From: a virus
Taxonomy: Duplodnaviria; Heunggongvirae; Uroviricota; Caudoviricetes
Strand: one strand, 5' to 3'
Virus record (IMG/VR): IMGVR_UViG_2579778982_000017
Length of the DNA: 33,426 nucleotides
Positions within the stretch are counted from its first letter, which is position 1, and every line of letters starts with the position of its first letter. The translations under genes and the position numbers were made by a program. Shown here piece after piece: positions 1 to 7,209 of the stretch. The notes beneath the pieces are model-generated. The model was not told the origin of the DNA. It did no database searches and worked only from the letters and a program-made list of their open reading frames with translations.

Positions 1-18
1 GGCGGGACGTCTCCCGCC
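1..18 (+). terminator. Hairpin, possible terminator of an upstream off-window gene
   Basis: Perfect 7-bp inverted repeat GGCGGGA-CGTC-TCCCGCC; followed by AT-rich sequence but no clean T-tract. Confidence 0.3.
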
Positions 19-19
19 G

Positions 20-53
20 TATATAGAATTATATATTTATATAAATATATAAG
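20..53. repeat. AT-rich ~35-bp element, copy A (related copies at 4749-4785 and 5888-5922)
   Basis: Shares ATAGAATTATATA with copy C and the exact 15-mer TTATATAAATATATA with copy B; lies just upstream of the first gene. Confidence 0.5.
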
Positions 54-65
54 GATGCCTCGACA

Positions 66-347
66 ATGAAACGCAAAATTATTAACCCCCAAGATGTGAT
101 TAATTTCCTGACCGATCACCCATGTTCAAAAGTGGACGTAATCGCGGAGCACATTGGTGTATCGCAGAACTCTATGCGTTGCAGACTGAGAAGCATGGTT
201 GCCGAAGGACAGATAACAACCAGGAAAATAAATGGTTGCCTGTACTACTCCGCTAAACCGGAATTGCCATTTGGCATGAATCCTAACTCCATGTTGTTTA
301 ACACCTTATTAGCCAAAGTTAAGCCGTTGAGAGGGGCTGTGGTATGA
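66..347 (+). CDS. Hypothetical small protein, possibly DNA-binding
   Basis: 93-aa ORF, ATG 12 bp after the AT-rich element with AAGGA upstream; stop overlaps next start (ATGA). No motif recognised. Confidence 0.5.
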   Translation: MKRKIINPQDVINFLTDHPCSKVDVIAEHIGVSQNSMRCRLRSMVAEGQITTRKINGCLYYSAKPELPFGMNPNSMLFNTLLAKVKPLRGAVV

Positions 348-1096
348 GCATCAAAACACATACCGGAATAATCATTACCAATGATGGTGAGAAAAGAGTG
401 AAAGAGCGCGGCATGATTTTTAACGATGAGATGGTCAGAGCCATCCTCGAAGGAAGGAAGACGCAGACTCGCCGACCTGTAAAAAATGTCAGGGCCGATA
501 ACTGCCTGGTTATCCGTAAACCGACAAAGAAACGCAATGGTGTCTATACCCACGTTATGGATGCACCTGAACATGGTTTATGCCCGTTCGGTAACGTTGG
601 TGATCGCATATGGGTCCGTGAAGCGTGGGCGATATTAGGCAATGAGGATGGTTGCAGTGTGGACTGGAACGACAACCTTTGTCGTGGCGATGAGAAGAAC
701 GCAGCAAGGATTTATCGGGCCAGTTGCGAGCAAAAACCTGGTGATTACGGCTTATGGTCGATACCCGATGATGCCGACTGGAAACCTCACACTGTGAATG
801 AAAAGTTTGATGGTGGGTGGCGTCCATCAATTCACATGCCGCGATGGGCATCACGCATTCTGTTGGAAATTACCGACGTGCGTGTGGAACGGCTGCATGA
901 CATTAGCGAGGCAGATGCGAAAGCGGAAGGCGCATTTCCGGCGACGTACAAAATTACGCCACCGGAAGCTGTTTATCGCGTTGGCTTTGGTGATATCTGG
1001 CGCGGTATTTACGGGCAAGAGAACTGGCTATCTAACCCGTGGGTATGGGTAATTGAGTTTAAGCGTATTCAGGAGGCAACCAGTGAGCAAGATTGA
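344..1096 (+). CDS. Hypothetical protein with ASCH-like N-terminus
   Basis: 250-aa ORF; N-terminal MIFNDEMVRAILEGRKTQTRRP resembles the first strand of ASCH/PUA-like domains. Assignment from memory of the motif only. Confidence 0.45.
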   Translation: MSIKTHTGIIITNDGEKRVKERGMIFNDEMVRAILEGRKTQTRRPVKNVRADNCLVIRKPTKKRNGVYTHVMDAPEHGLCPFGNVGDRIWVREAWAILGNEDGCSVDWNDNLCRGDEKNAARIYRASCEQKPGDYGLWSIPDDADWKPHTVNEKFDGGWRPSIHMPRWASRILLEITDVRVERLHDISEADAKAEGAFPATYKITPPEAVYRVGFGDIWRGIYGQENWLSNPWVWVIEFKRIQEATSEQD

Positions 1097-1511
1097 CTAT
1101 CAGGTACTGCGTGAGGCAGCAGTAGCAATTGAAACAGTGGCAACGCCTCAAAAATTGCTGGCATTTCGTATGAAAGTCACACCTCAGGTTGTGCTGGCAC
1201 TACTGGATGAACGGGAAGCAGACAAAAAGCGCATTGCAGAACTGGAAGCTCGGGAAATAAAACCAGCCAAAGGTGAAGTTCTTGTCGTTGTTTCTGGTTT
1301 TACTGGTTGCGGAAAAAGCGCCATTGCCGGGGAAATAGAAATCGCGATGAAGGCTATTGGTGTACCGGTTCAGTGGACTAATGGCGATGCGGAAAAGCGC
1401 ATGACAGGAGCTGACTGGCTGACAGAGATTGAGATGTACAAACCAACAGTGCGCATCGTGGAAGTTAATGTGCCACGCGCCGCTGGCATTCGCATCAAAG
1501 GAGGTGAGTAA
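1083..1511 (+). CDS. Hypothetical protein with Walker-A-like GFTGCGKS motif
   Basis: In-frame GTG at 1083 preceded by AGGAGG (1071-1076); the track's TTG at 1053 has no RBS. Motif fits GxxxxGK[ST] but the protein is only ~140 aa. Confidence 0.45.
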   Translation: MSKIDYQVLREAAVAIETVATPQKLLAFRMKVTPQVVLALLDEREADKKRIAELEAREIKPAKGEVLVVVSGFTGCGKSAIAGEIEIAMKAIGVPVQWTNGDAEKRMTGADWLTEIEMYKPTVRIVEVNVPRAAGIRIKGGE

Positions 1512-1687
1512 TGCGTGTGGCATGTATCGGCTTGTTACCGTACCCGACTCGTTTTTGGGCTTCTGCGCTAATTGCAAAGCCACATGTCCTGATGGCTGAC
1601 AACATCATCCCGGCACCAAAGCGCCGCCATACCGGTATTGCATCGGCACGACGAGCAGCAAAGAGACGCAGGAGAGCAAAACGATGA
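1511..1687 (+). CDS. Small basic protein (58 aa), not in the supplied ORF track
   Basis: ATG at 1511 overlaps the upstream stop (TAATG), AGGAGG at 1498-1503; Arg/Lys-rich C-terminus (AKRRRRAKR); stop overlaps next start (ATGA). Confidence 0.4.
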   Translation: MRVACIGLLPYPTRFWASALIAKPHVLMADNIIPAPKRRHTGIASARRAAKRRRRAKR

Positions 1688-1872
1688 AAAACCGTAAAGC
1701 AAAGATTCTGTTAGTTCGTAGAAACGCTCCTGGCGTCTGGCAGTGGGTGAGACTCAGCAACCGACGGATGGGGTTAATGAAACATTACGGGATGATGGAT
1801 TGTGGTTTTTGCAAAAAGCCCAGCGCGGCGCAAAACCGCTGGAAAAACCATTTGCGCACTAAAGGAGAGTGA
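1684..1872 (+). CDS. Hypothetical small protein (62 aa)
   Basis: ATG overlapping upstream stop; part of a tightly coupled chain of small ORFs. Confidence 0.35.
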   Translation: MKNRKAKILLVRRNAPGVWQWVRLSNRRMGLMKHYGMMDCGFCKKPSAAQNRWKNHLRTKGE

Positions 1873-1873
1873 T

Positions 1874-2389
1874 ATGGCGTTAACACACCGCGAACTCTGT
1901 CAGATTGCGTACAAGTTCCTTAAGCGCAACGGGTTCAAGGTTTGTTTTCATGACCGCTTTATAGCTGTAACCAGTACCGGAGAACAGCCAGATGCTATGG
2001 GATTCAGAAATTCAGCATCATGCCTGATAGAGGCGAAGTGTTCTCGTGCTGACTTGTTGGCAGATAGAAAAAAGCGTTTCCGTAAAAATCCCTCACTTGG
2101 CATGGGCGACTGGCGATTCTTTATTAGTGAGCCGGGAATTATTTCAATTGAGGATTTACCTCCTGGCTGGGGATTACTTCACGTTGTTAACGGAAGAGTA
2201 CGGAAAGTACATGGGTGGCCCAAGGGTAATTGCTGTTGGGGTAATCCTGACGATAAGCCATTTACTGGAAATAAGCAGGTTGAATGCGATTACATGTTAT
2301 CTGCATTAAGGCGCATGGAGTTAAGAGGGCACCTTAATGAAATATATGACGGTGTAATTGTTAATAAGAAAGAAGGAAACGCGGCATGA
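1874..2389 (+). CDS. Hypothetical protein with PD-(D/E)xK-like nuclease motif
   Basis: ATG 1874 with AAGGAG 1862-1867; sequence PDAMGF...LIEAKCSRADL gives a D...ExK arrangement. Internal start of track ORF 1802-2389. Confidence 0.5.
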   Translation: MALTHRELCQIAYKFLKRNGFKVCFHDRFIAVTSTGEQPDAMGFRNSASCLIEAKCSRADLLADRKKRFRKNPSLGMGDWRFFISEPGIISIEDLPPGWGLLHVVNGRVRKVHGWPKGNCCWGNPDDKPFTGNKQVECDYMLSALRRMELRGHLNEIYDGVIVNKKEGNAA

Positions 2390-2814
2390 TCACTATTACC
2401 AAAGAGCGACTACTGACAATCAAGCAGTGGCGCGAAACATACGGACCTGGTAGCAACGTTGTACTGCCAGCAGAAGAAGCGGAAGAACTGGCACGAATTG
2501 CTCTGGCATCACTGGAAGCAGAAGCGCCAAATTTGCCTGGTGGTTTCACAATTGAAGAAGCAAAAGAATTACACGAAAATCTGGTAAAAAGTCACGTAAG
2601 CAAGGCTTTAAGTGGCGAAAAAATGAAAAAAGAAAATCGTGATGCCGATTTGCGCTGGATTCATGGCGTAATAGTTCAGGCCGCGTGGTTTGTAAAAGCA
2701 TCACTGGAGCAGACCGCGCTATCGGGCACTCCTCCGGTAACTACGGATGGCTGGATAAGCTGTAGTGAGAAACCATGCGCTTACGAGCAGTATTCAGATA
2801 TTCAGAGCGGGTAA
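2386..2814 (+). CDS. Hypothetical protein, last gene before the late regulatory region (positional candidate late regulator)
   Basis: 142-aa ORF overlapping upstream stop; followed by ~330 bp non-coding DNA and the lysis cassette. No Q-type motif recognised. Confidence 0.5.
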   Translation: MITITKERLLTIKQWRETYGPGSNVVLPAEEAEELARIALASLEAEAPNLPGGFTIEEAKELHENLVKSHVSKALSGEKMKKENRDADLRWIHGVIVQAAWFVKASLEQTALSGTPPVTTDGWISCSEKPCAYEQYSDIQSG

Positions 2815-2939
2815 TGAAGCACATACAACCGAAAACATGGCAGAAACTGGACTCTATGGGAGTTAAGTTGGAGAAGATTACTCAACTTAAGCAGTGGCAT
2901 ATCGGCGAATATTATGGAAGTCCTGGTCGGGATGTTCGG

Positions 2940-3143
2940 TTGGTAAAAAGTTGAACATTGCTTTTTTATTGATCGATTAACCACGATGTGAAGGTTTTTT
3001 TATGGGAAAACCTTGTTTTAGGTGGTAACTGGGTGTAGTGTTTCATTTAACGTAGTAAAACTGCGTTAAGCGATTACCGCGTAATTTGTTGCTTTATGAA
3101 GCCCTGCCTTTTTCGGCGGGGCTTTTTTTTAACGAGGATTTCA
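2940..3143 (+). promoter_or_regulatory. Putative late promoter / antitermination region upstream of the lysis genes
   Basis: Non-coding; TTGAAC at 2951-2956 as possible -35, no convincing -10; hairpin AAGGTTTT/AAAACCTT (2991-3014) and a second hairpin plus T8 at 3101-3130, arranged like lambdoid pR'-qut-tR'. Confidence 0.35.
3101..3130 (+). terminator. Intrinsic terminator (tR'-like) just upstream of the holin
   Basis: GCCCTGCC-TTTTTC-GGCGGGGC stem-loop followed by TTTTTTTT; GAGG RBS and ATG 3144 follow directly. Confidence 0.6.
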
Positions 3144-3539
3144 ATGTCAGCAGAACCAATTTCCGGTACGGCCGTTGCTGCTGGTGGCCTGATGGGTGCC
3201 AGCGTTTTTGGTATTGCAACTGGTATTGATTACGGCGTTGTATTCGGGGCATTTGCTGGCGCTGTTTTCTATGTTGCTACAGCGGTGAATATTAGCCGTC
3301 TCAAGCTGATTGGCTATTTCTTTACATCGTTCATTGTTGGAGTGATTGGAGCGCCGTTAGTTGGCTCATTTCTTGCCAAATGGACCAGCTACAACGATCG
3401 TCCTCTTGATGCACTTGGTGCGGTTATTGTGGCTGCATTGACAATTAAAATCCTCACGTTCGTAAACAGCCAGGATCTCGGTAGCATCTTTGGAATGCTT
3501 TCCCGCTTACGTGGAGGGGGTTCAAATGGTAAGCAGTGA
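3144..3539 (+). CDS. Putative holin (multi-pass membrane protein)
   Basis: First gene after the terminator; 3-4 hydrophobic helices, charged C-terminus; ATG 3144 used because the track's ATG 3096 lies inside the terminator hairpin. Confidence 0.55.
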   Translation: MSAEPISGTAVAAGGLMGASVFGIATGIDYGVVFGAFAGAVFYVATAVNISRLKLIGYFFTSFIVGVIGAPLVGSFLAKWTSYNDRPLDALGAVIVAALTIKILTFVNSQDLGSIFGMLSRLRGGGSNGKQ

Positions 3540-3822
3540 CCCGTCAGCACTGATTAATGCGGTGCTTTGCACAGTAATAGTAATGGCGCTGATGCTTTAT
3601 CGACGGAAAGACTCCAGGCATCGTCCATTTGTTTCCTTTCTGGCTTATATCTACGTCATTGTATACGCCAATGTTCCCTTCCGTTATGTGTTCGGTCTTT
3701 ATCAAGAATCCCACTGGCTGGTGGTTATTGGAAATCTGATTATCTGCATCGTTGTTCTGTATTTCAGGGGCAATCTGGCGCGGATAGTTGACGCATTAGG
3801 GTTTAATCATGACCAAAGATGA
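3526..3822 (+). CDS. Second lysis-associated membrane protein (holin/antiholin-like)
   Basis: ATG 3526 preceded by GGAGGGGG; three hydrophobic segments; overlaps both neighbours. Confidence 0.5.
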   Translation: MVSSDPSALINAVLCTVIVMALMLYRRKDSRHRPFVSFLAYIYVIVYANVPFRYVFGLYQESHWLVVIGNLIICIVVLYFRGNLARIVDALGFNHDQR

Positions 3823-4351
3823 GATTTTTAACAGCGTTCTTGGAAAAGAGGGCGGCTATGTGGATCACCCTGACGACAAGGGAGGCCCAACAAAGTGGGG
3901 CATTACTCAGAACACTGCCCGTGCTCATGGATATCGTGGCGATATGCGCGATTTAACCCGCGAACAGGCACTGGAAATCCTTGAGGCTGATTACTGGTAC
4001 GGACCACGCTTTGATCAGGTGGCCGCATTATCCTCTGATATTGCCGCAGAGCTGTGTGACACGGGGGTGAACATGGGGCCAACAGTGGCGTCAAAAATGC
4101 TTCAACGCTGGCTGAATGTGTTCAACCTGCGCGGGAAGCTGTATCCCGATTTGGATGCAGACGGACGAATCGGTCCACGTACCATTAATGCGCTACGTGC
4201 TTATCTTGGGAATCGGGGAAAAGACGGCGAACGGGTGATGCTGACGTCGCTGAACTGTACGCAGGGCGAACGCTATCTGGAGCTGGCGGAGAAGCGCGAG
4301 GCTAATGAGTCGTTTGTCTACGGCTGGATGAAAGAGCGAGTGGTGGTATGA
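3809..4351 (+). CDS. Endolysin, GH108-type muramidase with C-terminal peptidoglycan-binding region
   Basis: N-terminal EGGYVDHPDDKGGPTKWGIT is characteristic of GH108 lysozymes; sits between membrane proteins and spanins. Confidence 0.85.
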   Translation: MTKDEIFNSVLGKEGGYVDHPDDKGGPTKWGITQNTARAHGYRGDMRDLTREQALEILEADYWYGPRFDQVAALSSDIAAELCDTGVNMGPTVASKMLQRWLNVFNLRGKLYPDLDADGRIGPRTINALRAYLGNRGKDGERVMLTSLNCTQGERYLELAEKREANESFVYGWMKERVVV

Positions 4352-4626
4352 CTGGTTTGAAGGCCGTTTTGTCATTTATTGGCACAATTATATTGGTTGC
4401 ATTCGGCGCGTTTGGTTTTGGTCGTATGAAGGGGCGAGAAAAGGCCGAAGATGAAGCTGAAAAGCAGCGCATTAATGAGAATGCAGCCGCCGTAAAAGCC
4501 ACTGCGGAGCGGCGTATAGAAGTGACAAAAGAGGTGGGGAATGTACAGCAGAGTGTTAACCATATGGCTGATGACGATGTTGATCGCGAGCTGCGGGAGT
4601 CGTGGAAGCGTCCCGGTGGTGGTTGA
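4348..4626 (+). CDS. i-spanin (Rz-like)
   Basis: N-terminal transmembrane helix then charged, coiled-coil-like region; directly after the endolysin; contains the embedded o-spanin. Confidence 0.6.
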   Translation: MTGLKAVLSFIGTIILVAFGAFGFGRMKGREKAEDEAEKQRINENAAAVKATAERRIEVTKEVGNVQQSVNHMADDDVDRELRESWKRPGGG

Positions 4627-4750
4627 TACCGCCTGTGATTGGGTAAAGCCCATCTACCTGACTGATCACGACATCGATGTTATGGACCGCCAGACAAAGA
4701 AAGATATTCTGGCTCATAACAGGGCATGGGAAATCAACTGCCCAAAGTAA
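4541..4750 (+). CDS. o-spanin (Rz1-like lipoprotein), overlapping the i-spanin in another frame
   Basis: Signal peptide with lipobox-like LIASC, short Pro/Val-rich mature part; classic Rz/Rz1 overlap. Confidence 0.6.
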   Translation: MYSRVLTIWLMTMLIASCGSRGSVPVVVDTACDWVKPIYLTDHDIDVMDRQTKKDILAHNRAWEINCPK

Positions 4751-4785
4751 TATATATTTCTGTAATTATATAAATATATAGTTAC
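4749..4785. repeat. AT-rich element, copy B
   Basis: Contains AATTATATAAATATATA, sharing an exact 15-mer with copy A; immediately after the o-spanin stop. Confidence 0.5.
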
Positions 4786-4919
4786 AACATTCTATGCGCT
4801 TTTCTCATGAGCGCACGCATCAACCATGTTTGTCTGATATGCCGCCGCGCCCAAAAATCCTGAATTTATTGGCTGGGATTTTCGTGCGCGGCGCCACACC
4901 AGACAAACAGATCAAATAT

Positions 4920-4995
4920 GGCCCCTTAGCTCAGTGGTTAGAGCAGGCGACTCATAATCGCACGGTCATCGGTTCAAATCCGGTAGGGGCCACCA
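4920..4995 (+). tRNA. tRNA with anticodon CAU, most like tRNA-Ile2 (ileX-type) rather than elongator tRNA-Met; 3' CCA encoded
   Basis: 76 nt, GGCCCCT/AGGGGCC acceptor stem, GTGG D-loop, anticodon loop CTCATAA (CAT at 4953-4955), GGTTCAAATCC T-loop. First ~42 nt match my recollection of E. coli ileX. Confidence 0.85.
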
Positions 4996-5202
4996 ATTCA
5001 CTCTCACACATAAAGATAAGCGCGGTGGAGTTACTTCCTTCGTGCTCATCTTTATGCGTGCCTGGTGCGCATTTCGGGCGAACGTGGGGCTAAGTTACAG
5101 GCAGGGCCTGTTATCCGCAAAGGGGTAAAAGCTGGAGCGGCACGGAACTGTAGCCGTGTTACCAAAACAGCGTTGTCGGGCGATATCCGGCACACAACAG
5201 GC

Positions 5203-5245
5203 AAGGGCATTAATCAGTCTGGTTAGTGCCCTTTTCGTTGTGTTT
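5203..5245 (+). terminator. Possible intrinsic terminator in the tRNA-methyltransferase spacer
   Basis: AAGGGCA...TGCCCTT stem followed by TTTCGTTGTGTTT; loop is long so the call is weak. Confidence 0.3.
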
Positions 5246-5303
5246 GCTGTAGAGCTGGCCAGCGTTATGACTGCCGGAGATAAGCGCCGGAGACACAACT
5301 AAC

Positions 5304-5891
5304 ATGGAGGCAATTGCATTGTTTAATCTGATTTATGCAGATCCCCCCTGGGAATACAAAGACAAGTGTAAGGATGGGAATCGTGGCGCTGGTTTTAAGT
5401 ATCCAACGATGAAAGCTGAGGATATTGCTCGTATTCCTGTCTGGCAGCTTGCTAATCCTGAATCGTGTTTGTTGGCCATGTGGTGGGTTCCGACTCAGCC
5501 AGAAGAAGCGTTGCTGGTGGTGAAAGCATGGGGATTCAGGCTGATGACCATGAAGGGCTTCACATGGAACAAATGTGGTAGCCGACAACCAGATAAGCTG
5601 GTGATGGGGATGGGGCATATGACTCGTGCAAACAGTGAAGATTGCTTGTTTGCAGTGAAAGGCAAACTACCGACACGTCTTGATGCGGGGATCATTCAGT
5701 CGTTTACATCGCCTCGTCTGGAGCATTCTCGGAAGCCTGATGTGGTCCGTGACAAGCTGGTAAAGCTGTTAGGCGATGTTCCTCGTATTGAGCTGTTTGC
5801 TCGCGGTGATTTACCTGATGGCTGGCATGGCTGGGGCAACCAGTGCAACGGAGGTATCCAGTTGCATGATGCTCTCTGGCAAGTGTCATAG
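5304..5891 (+). CDS. DNA N6-adenine methyltransferase, MT-A70 family (orphan, no nuclease partner seen)
   Basis: N-terminal IYADPPWEY (DPPW catalytic motif) in a ~195-aa protein; GGAGA upstream of ATG 5304. Confidence 0.8.
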   Translation: MEAIALFNLIYADPPWEYKDKCKDGNRGAGFKYPTMKAEDIARIPVWQLANPESCLLAMWWVPTQPEEALLVVKAWGFRLMTMKGFTWNKCGSRQPDKLVMGMGHMTRANSEDCLFAVKGKLPTRLDAGIIQSFTSPRLEHSRKPDVVRDKLVKLLGDVPRIELFARGDLPDGWHGWGNQCNGGIQLHDALWQVS

Positions 5892-5922
5892 AATTATATA
5901 ATTATAGATTTATATAAAAAGT
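5888..5922. repeat. AT-rich element, copy C
   Basis: ATAGAATTATATAATTATAGATTTATATAAAAA, sharing ATAGAATTATATA with copy A; overlaps the methyltransferase stop. Confidence 0.5.
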
Positions 5923-6003
5923 GCTTTACAGGTGGGAAAAAATTTCCTATGGTTATACCCGAAACCGAGCGATACCCGCCCTGGTTAAACCGGAGATAAC
6001 CCG

Positions 6004-6273
6004 ATGAAAGTACAAGACCGTGAAGTAGTAAAAAAACTCCTGCAATACCTGACCTCAAAAAACCTGACGGGCAGCGTTGAGTTCCGTGAAGCGTTAAAAC
6101 ATTTCAACGTCACTACGGTTTATCGTTGGGAAAACAAACATTCTGAAAGACCGTATGTGGTGGATGTTTTTGCGCCTGATATTGAGTGCGGTTTTGAGCG
6201 CCATTCATTCAAAAAGAAACATTCCGCTGATGTTTTTTGTGAGGTTGTATGTGCGGCAGGAGATGATGAGTGA
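6004..6273 (+). CDS. Hypothetical protein (89 aa)
   Basis: ATG 6004 with GGAG upstream; stop overlaps the next ORF start. Confidence 0.5.
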   Translation: MKVQDREVVKKLLQYLTSKNLTGSVEFREALKHFNVTTVYRWENKHSERPYVVDVFAPDIECGFERHSFKKKHSADVFCEVVCAAGDDE

Positions 6274-6470
6274 TGCGTATTTCCTTCAAACGTGCGACTG
6301 AGCAGCAACGCAAAGAGTTCCTGGCTGATGATGTTGCGGCCGTTTATGACTTCATGAAAGAGGTTGTGGAATCAGGGAACTACACGGCGGCAAAGATGCT
6401 TAAACTGCAATTCTTGCTGGGCGACCTGAAATACAAATCCGAAGTTGTCGCCGGACGACGCGAGCATTAA
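6270..6470 (+). CDS. Hypothetical protein (66 aa; alternative ATG start at 6273)
   Basis: GTG 6270 / ATG 6273 overlapping upstream TGA, AGGAG at 6258-6262; followed by a strong terminator. Confidence 0.45.
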   Translation: MMRISFKRATEQQRKEFLADDVAAVYDFMKEVVESGNYTAAKMLKLQFLLGDLKYKSEVVAGRREH

Positions 6471-6493
6471 ACCGTAACGATAACGAACAATAA

Positions 6494-6519
6494 GCCTCGG
6501 CAATTGCCGGGGCTTTTTT
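6494..6519 (+). terminator. Intrinsic terminator
   Basis: GCCTCGGCAA/TTGCCGGGGC stem (one G-U pair) followed by TTTTTT. Confidence 0.65.
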
Positions 6520-6544
6520 ACATCCAGACAAAGGAGAACATGGG

Positions 6545-7000
6545 ATGCCTTCGACAAGCACCAAAAAAGAAATGGCGGTTAGTGATGTGCTTTACGCGCT
6601 TTCGACTATATGTGACGGAGCAATGATGAGGATGAAAGTCCTCCATGAAGCATACGGAAAAAGTCACGATGAGGCAGCCAAAGAGTGCCTGAATGAGATT
6701 GTGGACTTCCTTGATAGCCATCGGTCGCTGATAGCTCTCGATAACCAGCCGCAAGCCGAAGAATGCCAGAAGCGCGAGTATAAAACGATATATGGGAATA
6801 AGTTCTCCTGTCTAAGCGAGTTGGCTGCAAAGGTGGCCGACATTCTGGAGAACAACAGCGGTCGAATGCATCAGGTTAGATATCAGTCTGAATATGAAGC
6901 TCTAATCATGTTAGTTGATCAGTTAGTTGATACCGGAGCTTTACAGCTCAACTGCGTAAGGCTATCTGGTCATCCGATAAAAATGAATGGAAGGATATAA
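6545..7000 (+). CDS. Hypothetical protein (151 aa)
   Basis: ATG 6545 with AAGGAG at 6531-6536; no motif recognised. Confidence 0.55.
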   Translation: MPSTSTKKEMAVSDVLYALSTICDGAMMRMKVLHEAYGKSHDEAAKECLNEIVDFLDSHRSLIALDNQPQAEECQKREYKTIYGNKFSCLSELAAKVADILENNSGRMHQVRYQSEYEALIMLVDQLVDTGALQLNCVRLSGHPIKMNGRI

Positions 7001-7002
7001 CC

Positions 7003-7209
7003 GTGGACTTGCCGAGTGATTTGTTCTGGTTTCCGCTTCCAATAAGAGATTTGTTGGTATTTCTGGCTGGCGCTTACGTCTGGAGAAAAGCGAAAGACAC
7101 CTCGTTATCTTTGAGGTTTGTCTTAGCTATATCGGTAGGAACCGCGCTGGGTACGGCGTATCTCTTGATATTACTGGAGGTATTCATTGAAAAATGGATA
7201 GTTTCATGA
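7003..7209 (+). CDS. Small membrane protein (68 aa, two hydrophobic helices)
   Basis: GTG start 3 bp after upstream stop; two hydrophobic stretches; stop overlaps next start (ATGA). Confidence 0.4.
   Translation: MDLPSDLFWFPLPIRDLLVFLAGAYVWRKAKDTSLSLRFVLAISVGTALGTAYLLILLEVFIEKWIVS

Noticed and set aside
245-854. - strand ORFs (245-574, 319-537, 555-854) overlapping + strand genes
   Set aside because: Lie antisense within well-supported + strand coding regions, have no RBS context, and translate to low-complexity His/Cys/Arg-rich sequences typical of shadow ORFs.
1083-1511. Walker-A-like motif as evidence for an ATPase
   Set aside because: Protein is too short (~140 aa) to hold a complete P-loop NTPase fold and no Walker B motif follows; reported as a motif only.
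3096-3143. Upstream ATG (3096) as holin start
   Set aside because: The extension would be translated from inside the tR'-like terminator hairpin and gives a basic leader; ATG 3144 has a GAGG RBS at correct spacing.
4920-4995. tRNA as a prophage attachment site or genome end
   Set aside because: The tRNA is full-length with phage genes on both sides and no integrase or direct-repeat core nearby; it looks like phage cargo rather than an att junction.
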